From assembly GCA_030428125.1 (NCBI GenBank), contig JAUIBF010000002.1, positions 15,910 through 79,909 of the forward strand: a stretch of DNA of 64,000 bases. Reading direction: 5' to 3'. The stretch's first letter is position 1, and the number at the start of each line of letters is the position of its first letter. This DNA is from a bacterium (lineage in GTDB: Bacteria > Patescibacteriota > Saccharimonadia > Saccharimonadales > SZUA-47). A model generated the notes under the pieces. It did no database searches, was not told the DNA's origin, and saw only the letters and a program-made list of their open reading frames with translations. Made by a program: the position numbers and the translations under genes. This document shows positions 62,031 to 64,000 of the stretch, piece after piece.

Positions 62031-63115
62031 ACTGGGTGCCCTAGTTCATTTTTGAACTTTTCAATAATATCGTCATTACCCATGTCGATAGGGCTCGTTC
62101 CGTTCAGTAAGGCGGTGTAAACGCTGACAAAGTCCCCTAAAGTTATTGACCACAGCAGTTGTTCTAGACGAGTTTCGCCTTCGACTTCTACTCTGATTGG
62201 TGATGGCCAGCGTCCGCTTAAAAGCTTGTCGCTAAGCTCGAATCTTTTCTTGATTCGGTCATTGTCATAGCTAGAAAGCAAGTAGAAAATCTTATAAGGC
62301 TTATCTACTGGGTGTGATGACCAGCCGGTGAATTCATTGTGATTGAATTCCGGGAAAGTATACTCCCACGCTACGTTTTTGGCATTCTCGTTGAAGCCAA
62401 TTTTCCATTTGTGGGCAGCTGGAGAAAGTGTTGGTCCGCTATAAATAACAACAGACGTACCTGCACACTCAAGCGCCAACTGTTTTGCTAAGTTTTGTTC
62501 AGTTGGCACATCCGGCTTCCAGCCATCAATCGCTTGCTTAACAAAATCAGCAGCTGCCTCAATTTCAGTGACAGCATTTTCTGCTTTCAATATCCCAAGT
62601 TGCTCACCTAGCAGGGTGAGACCTTTAAGGCCGTTAAACATACCGTATCTAGGTGGGCGAACCTCAGGCAATTTGATAAATGGATAGTTTTTGGATTTTG
62701 CAATTTCTTCTAGTTTGCCTCCAGCCGATATTGCAACAATGAAAGCACCTCTTTCTTCTGCTTGAGCTAGCGCAGATAGAGTTTCTTCGGTGTTGCCTGA
62801 AACGCTTGCAGCTATGAATAAAGTAGATGAGTCAACATACGGCGGTATGTCGTAGTCTTTTAGTATTTCAAACGGCAGAGTAAAGATTGGCCAGCTTTGA
62901 GCAACTATCGCCCATAAGGCCGAACCACCCATTCCAGCATGAACAATATTCGAGAACTTCTTATCGATAGCGGGCAGTTCATACGTTTGTTTAAGTTGTT
63001 CCCATTGTTTCCCAACCACACCTAATGCATCGTAGCTGTCTTTGCTGTGAATATATTTCAAATCGTCTAACATATTTGCCCCTTGTTTGTTATGGTCTAT
63101 ACTATAAACTAACAA
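62027..63115 (-). CDS. bifunctional phosphoglucose/phosphomannose isomerase (SIS domain)
   Basis: SIS motifs: NIVHAGMGGSALWA and LFIAASVSGNTEETLSAL. The size and the conserved C-terminal W..P-containing region fit the PGI/PMI family. The likely start is MLDDLKYIH at about 63073. Confidence 0.78.
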   Translation of the reverse strand: MLVYSIDHNKQGANMLDDLKYIHSKDSYDALGVVGKQWEQLKQTYELPAIDKKFSNIVHAGMGGSALWAIVAQSWPIFTLPFEILKDYDIPPYVDSSTLFIAASVSGNTEETLSALAQAEERGAFIVAISAGGKLEEIAKSKNYPFIKLPEVRPPRYGMFNGLKGLTLLGEQLGILKAENAVTEIEAAADFVKQAIDGWKPDVPTEQNLAKQLALECAGTSVVIYSGPTLSPAAHKWKIGFNENAKNVAWEYTFPEFNHNEFTGWSSHPVDKPYKIFYLLSSYDNDRIKKRFELSDKLLSGRWPSPIRVEVEGETRLEQLLWSITLGDFVSVYTALLNGTSPIDMGNDDIIEKFKNELGHPV

Positions 63116-63149
63116 CTTGAAACATAACTAATCGAAGGTGGGCAAACTA

Positions 63150-64000
63150 ATGTTCGGTCTGAACGATGACAATCAAAAATCTAATGATGATCCAGCAATG
63201 TTGGATAACGTAAAAGATTTAGCCTCACAACCAGCATCAGCTGTTGAACCACCAACTCCGGTAGCAGTCACGCCCGACCCTTCTTCTACAGCATCAGACC
63301 CTGTAGCTACGCCGGCAGAACCAGCTACTTCTGCTGACGACGCTACTCAACCAGCCACTGAACCACCAGTTGGTTTCAATATGCCTTCGGACACACCTTC
63401 AGTGGCAGATTCAGCAGTTTCACAGCAGCCAGCAACTCCAGAAACGGCTGCTACAAGACAGTCTACTGATGAAAATCCCGGACATATTGAACTGCCAGAA
63501 GGATTTACCAGTAATCCGATGACTGATAGTGGTTCACAGCAGGCAACAGGTAACGCTTCAGCAGATTTGCCTGCAGACGATACCACCTTATCTGATAACA
63601 CAATCCCAGAACCTGCCACTACTGAGGTGTCGCCACCTTCAGAAACTCCTCAAATAAGCCAGCATACTACACCAATCACAAAGGTTTCCAGTGAACCAGC
63701 AAGAGAGCCTGAGCAAAACGATGTTACATCTCCTCCTGCACCAGTAATATCAGAGACTGATGCTTCCGAAGCGAATGGACAACCAAACGACCCCAAGGCC
63801 GTAGATCATGAAGGTTTGGCAGCAATCAAGAAAGAAGCTCTAGGACATCTTGAAGGATTGTCCGATCATATCGATGGTTCCCCAGAGGAAGTCTTTAAAA
63901 GCACGATGCAATTAATTCAGGCTAATGATAATCACACTCTGCTACAAAAGGCTTTAGACGCAGCGAAAAAAATTGAGGATGATAAGGTTCGTGCTCAAGC
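63150..64000 (+). CDS. hypothetical P/T/S/A-rich protein (partial, runs off window end)
   Basis: An ATG at 63150 opens a stop-free frame to the window end (MFGLNDDNQKSNDDPAMLDN...). It has about 200 aa of acidic, Pro/Thr/Ser/Ala-rich low complexity, then a helical region (LAAIKKEALGHLEGL...). It is absent from the ORF track because it has no stop. The antisense track ORF 63347..63619 looks spurious. Confidence 0.55.
   Translation, partial: MFGLNDDNQKSNDDPAMLDNVKDLASQPASAVEPPTPVAVTPDPSSTASDPVATPAEPATSADDATQPATEPPVGFNMPSDTPSVADSAVSQQPATPETAATRQSTDENPGHIELPEGFTSNPMTDSGSQQATGNASADLPADDTTLSDNTIPEPATTEVSPPSETPQISQHTTPITKVSSEPAREPEQNDVTSPPAPVISETDASEANGQPNDPKAVDHEGLAAIKKEALGHLEGLSDHIDGSPEEVFKSTMQLIQANDNHTLLQKALDAAKKIEDDKVRAQ

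Noticed and set aside
664-63619. Numerous 60-170 aa track ORFs antisense to or nested in long genes (e.g. 664..903, 3349..3603, 13920..14414, 15223..15732, 21060..21581, 39390..39887, 42036..42506, 49935..50591, 51958..52293, 53756..54076, 63347..63619)
   Set aside because: Each is fully contained within a longer ORF that has recognisable domains or strong membrane or secretory features. Their translations are low complexity or Cys/Ser/Leu-biased, as expected for shadow frames.
1-64000. Alternative genetic code (UGA recoding as in some CPR lineages)
   Set aside because: Long uninterrupted ORFs with canonical domain ends (glmS, dnaA, dnaN, virB4 and others) are obtained with the standard code. 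Several genes terminate with TGA exactly where homologs are expected to end.

Overview
This is a 64-kb chromosomal window from a low-to-moderate GC, monoderm-type bacterium, read in the standard genetic code. The gene content includes sortase, a wall-teichoic-acid-type pathway, ComF, many N-terminally anchored unknown proteins, Lys-rich protein tails, and a T4SS core with arrays of small pilin-like genes. That mix is what I would expect from a small-genome Patescibacteria/CPR organism such as Saccharibacteria, but the taxonomic guess is inference only.

The window has five blocks.

1. 0.3-26.3 kb: a large envelope glycopolymer cluster. It holds glmS, glycosyltransferases, a priming sugar transferase and GtrA. 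It also holds gpsA-like, tagD, tagG/H, two TagB/F-like enzymes, a pyruvyl-transferase fusion, a MenD-like TPP enzyme and an O-antigen-ligase-like protein. Interspersed are a secreted SNase plus 4x lamin-tail-domain nuclease and a 6-blade beta-propeller protein.

2. 26.3-31 kb: small secreted or anchored unknowns, an orphan purK and a GT4, separated by two families of repeated palindromic hairpins.

3. 31-37.2 kb: the replication-origin module jag-yidC-rnpA-rpmH / dnaA-dnaN-recF, with DnaA-box clusters on both sides of dnaA.

4. 37.2-55.4 kb: the stand-out locus. A tightly packed 9-gene minus-strand operon encodes VirB6-like, PrgI/VirB3-like and VirB4 proteins, with VirB4 apparently split into two ORFs. 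It also encodes two very large peptidoglycan-hydrolase proteins (M14; SGNH+M23), each followed by a small anchored protein. It is transcribed divergently from seven tandem VirB2/TrbC-like pilin paralogs. I see no coupling protein, relaxase or integrase anywhere in the window.

5. 55.5-64 kb: hsp20, comF, a membrane-fused spermidine-synthase-like protein, tRNA-Ser(GGA) with a duplicated 3' end, a MacB-type ABC pair, sortase, a phosphosugar isomerase pair and a partial P/T/S/A-rich protein.

I recognised no CRISPR array, rRNA, transposase or integrase. All calls rest on reading the translations and the DNA by eye; no searches were run.
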